The notes beneath the pieces are model-generated. The model saw nothing but the letters and a program-made list of their open reading frames with translations. It was not told where the DNA came from and did not search any database. Made by a program: the position numbers and the translations under genes. From assembly GCA_043819135.1 (NCBI GenBank), contig JBDRFG010000043.1:1-28634 (forward strand): a DNA stretch of 28,634 bases, read 5' to 3'. This stretch comes from Candidatus Eiseniibacteriota bacterium. Its GTDB lineage: Bacteria > Joyebacterota > Joyebacteria > Joyebacterales > Joyebacteraceae. How positions within the stretch are numbered: the first letter of the stretch is position 1; each line of letters opens with the position of its first letter. This document shows positions 26,983 to 28,634 of the stretch, piece after piece.

Positions 26983-27405
26983 ATGCCTGACGCCCCTTCC
27001 GGCACGGAAGAGGTCGTTCTCCCGAGCGAGCTCGAAGTGCTCGATGGTATCGACGAATCTACACTGAAGTACAGTCGTCTGGCGGGCATCGACGACGGCA
27101 CGGCGGGCATGGTCGCTATTGCCGCGATCGAGGCCGTGACGAACGCCGTGCTGCACGGTAACGCGGAGTGCGGCGGCACGGAAGTGAAGGTCAGATACGA
27201 CTGGGAGCCTGGACAGATCAGGATCACCGTCCACGATGAGGGGAGGGGATTCGATCTCTCTTGCGTGCTCGATCCCACCGATCCCGAGAGATGCATGGCA
27301 TCCTCGGGGCGCGGCATCTACATCATGCGCGAGGTGATGGATTCCGTAGAGTTCGAGATGTCGGAGGAGTCCGGGACGACGGTGACGATGGTCAAATCCG
27401 CGTAG
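26983..27405 (+). CDS. Anti-sigma factor / Ser kinase (RsbW/SpoIIAB-like HATPase)
   Basis: EAVTNAVLHGN, ITVHDEGRGFD, SGRGIYIMREVMD, GTTVTM. ATG 26983 follows GAGGAG; the alternative is ATG 26965. Confidence 0.9.
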   Translation: MPDAPSGTEEVVLPSELEVLDGIDESTLKYSRLAGIDDGTAGMVAIAAIEAVTNAVLHGNAECGGTEVKVRYDWEPGQIRITVHDEGRGFDLSCVLDPTDPERCMASSGRGIYIMREVMDSVEFEMSEESGTTVTMVKSA

Positions 27406-27471
27406 CAGCGCGGGGACGCGCGCACGCGGGCAGGACGGTCGGGGCGACCGCGGGTTGAGCGTTCCTGGCGG

Positions 27472-27514
27472 ACAAGAATCGAGGGGCCCTCATTCGAGGG
27501 CCCCTCGCCATTTC
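27472..27514. terminator. Perfect 12-bp hairpin between the convergent rsbW-like gene and rpmB; probable terminator
   Basis: CGAGGGGCCCTC-attc-GAGGGCCCCTCG (27480-27507); followed by ATTCTTGT on - and CCATTTCT on +. Confidence 0.75.
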
Positions 27515-27532
27515 TCCACCCCTCTGAACCCG

Positions 27533-27739
27533 TCAGGCGGCGACCTTCTTCTTGAAGTTGTCGATCGCTCCCGAGCGGATGCACCGCGTGCAGACCAGGA
27601 TCTTCTTCGGAGTGCCGTTCTGGACGACCTTGACCCGCTGGAGATTGGGCAACCATCTGCGCTTCGTCACGTTGTGCGCGTGGCTGACGTTGTTGCCCAC
27701 TTGCGGGTGTTTTCCACAGATGTCACACTTCCTGGACAT
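27533..27739 (-). CDS. rpmB: 50S ribosomal protein L28 (bL28), two-CxxC form
   Basis: [29 protein letters not shown]...[19 protein letters not shown]. Confidence 0.97.
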   Translation of the reverse strand: MSRKCDICGKHPQVGNNVSHAHNVTKRRWLPNLQRVKVVQNGTPKKILVCTRCIRSGAIDNFKKKVAA

Positions 27740-27772
27740 GTTTCTCCTCCGTGATTTCGAAGACAGAACAGA

Positions 27773-27801
27773 AACGTAGCACGTCGGGGAACGGGGCGCA
27801 A
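27773..27801 (-). promoter_or_regulatory. Candidate sigma70 promoter for rpmB
   Basis: Minus strand TTGCGC, 17-nt spacer, TACGTT, with an extended -10 TG. Confidence 0.5.
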
Positions 27802-27871
27802 GTCCTTTCGGGACCTTCGCGCGGGGTCAGAGGGCCGCCGGGGGGGGGGCGGGGGGGCCGCCCAGCCCTGC

Positions 27872-27901
27872 TTGACCCCCGTGCCCGCGCTGGTCTAGAA
27901 T
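27872..27901 (+). promoter_or_regulatory. Candidate sigma70 promoter for recG
   Basis: TTGACC (27872-77), 18-nt spacer, TAGAAT (27896-901). Confidence 0.55.
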
Positions 27902-27957
27902 CCGACGGACCGGGGTCTTGAGAGCTGCCGGCCCACCCATCAAACCCGGAGGGCGCC

Positions 27958-28634
27958 ATAGCCGCCGAGATCACTCTCCATTCGAAGGTCGGGCTTCTCA
28001 AGGGCGTAGGCCCCAGGTTCGTCGCGCTCTTAGCCAGGGCCGGTGTCGAGACGATCGAGGATCTTCTGTACTACGTGCCGAGGACCTACGCGGATTGGTC
28101 CAACATCGCAAGCGTCGGGTCGCTCAGGATGGGCGACCGCGTCACGGTTGTCGTGCGGGTCGTCTCGTGTGACATCATCCGGCGCGGCCGCATGCAGATC
28201 TTCGTCGCGGCCTTCGAGGACGACACCGGCGCCGTCGTCGCGCGCTGGTTCGGCCAGCCCTATCTCAAGACCGTACTCAAGCCCGGCGGCAAGGCAGTGG
28301 TGAGCGGCCAGGTGAGGTTCGACAGGTTCTCGCGGCGGATCGAGTTCCTCAACCCGTCGTTCGAGGTGATGGACGAGGGTGAGGCCGCGGAACTGGTCCA
28401 CGCCGGACGCATCGTGCCCGAGTACTCTCAGATAGGGCAGCTGTCCGGGCGGCGCATCCGGAGTCTGGTCAAGACGGTGCTTGATGGCCTCCTCGACCAG
28501 CTCGTCGATCCACTGCCCGAGGTGGTGCTGGCATCGCGGGCGCTCCCTGACCTCAAGGAATCGATGGCGGACGTGCACTTCCCGCCGTCCGTCGAGCGCG
28601 CGGCGCGGGCCCGCTCGCGGCTGGCCTACGAGGA
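27958..28634 (+). CDS. recG: ATP-dependent DNA helicase RecG (3'-partial; absent from the ORF track)
   Basis: My translation gives AAEITLHSKVGLLKGVGPRFVALLARAGVETIEDLLYYVPRTYAD...DDTG.V.ARWFGQPYL...VSG.V...NP.FE...GRIVPEY...DPLP...VHFP...ARSRLAYE. This matches the RecG N-terminal wedge region, and the frame is open to the window end. Confidence 0.92.
   Translation, partial: MAAEITLHSKVGLLKGVGPRFVALLARAGVETIEDLLYYVPRTYADWSNIASVGSLRMGDRVTVVVRVVSCDIIRRGRMQIFVAAFEDDTGAVVARWFGQPYLKTVLKPGGKAVVSGQVRFDRFSRRIEFLNPSFEVMDEGEAAELVHAGRIVPEYSQIGQLSGRRIRSLVKTVLDGLLDQLVDPLPEVVLASRALPDLKESMADVHFPPSVERAARARSRLAYE

Noticed and set aside
27918..28578. ORF-track calls 27918-28172, 28043-28303 and 28030-28578
   Set aside because: Off-frame or antisense to the recG reading frame.
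1..28634. CRISPR arrays, tRNA/rRNA genes, IS elements, prophage or defence genes
   Set aside because: I saw no spaced direct repeats, cloverleaf structures, transposase/integrase motifs or compositional island by eye.

Overview
High-GC bacterial chromosomal segment, mostly housekeeping. On the + strand is the distal half of a division/cell-wall (dcw) cluster: mraY (5'-partial)-murD-ftsW-murG-murC-murB-ftsQ-ftsA-ftsZ, with no ddl. It runs on, with no obvious terminator, into a 553-aa TPR protein and a translationally coupled radical SAM protein with a B12-binding-like N-terminal domain. Next comes a separately promoted, secreted gingipain-like (C25) cysteine protease with a FlgD-Ig/T9SS-type C-terminal domain. 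Two tandem, paralogous GAF/PAS hybrid histidine kinases (HDFNN H-box) lie on the - strand, divergent from an RsbV-like STAS/RsbW-like kinase pair. The window ends with rpmB (-) and the 5' part of recG (+). The C25 + FlgD-Ig protein suggests an FCB-related lineage such as Eisenbacteria or Latescibacteria (inference only). I saw no rRNA, tRNA, CRISPR array or mobile element. The best leads are the ftsZ-TPR-radical SAM extension of the dcw operon, the output-less kinase pair facing a partner-switch pair with a structured leader, and recG apparently starting at ATA behind a G-tract.
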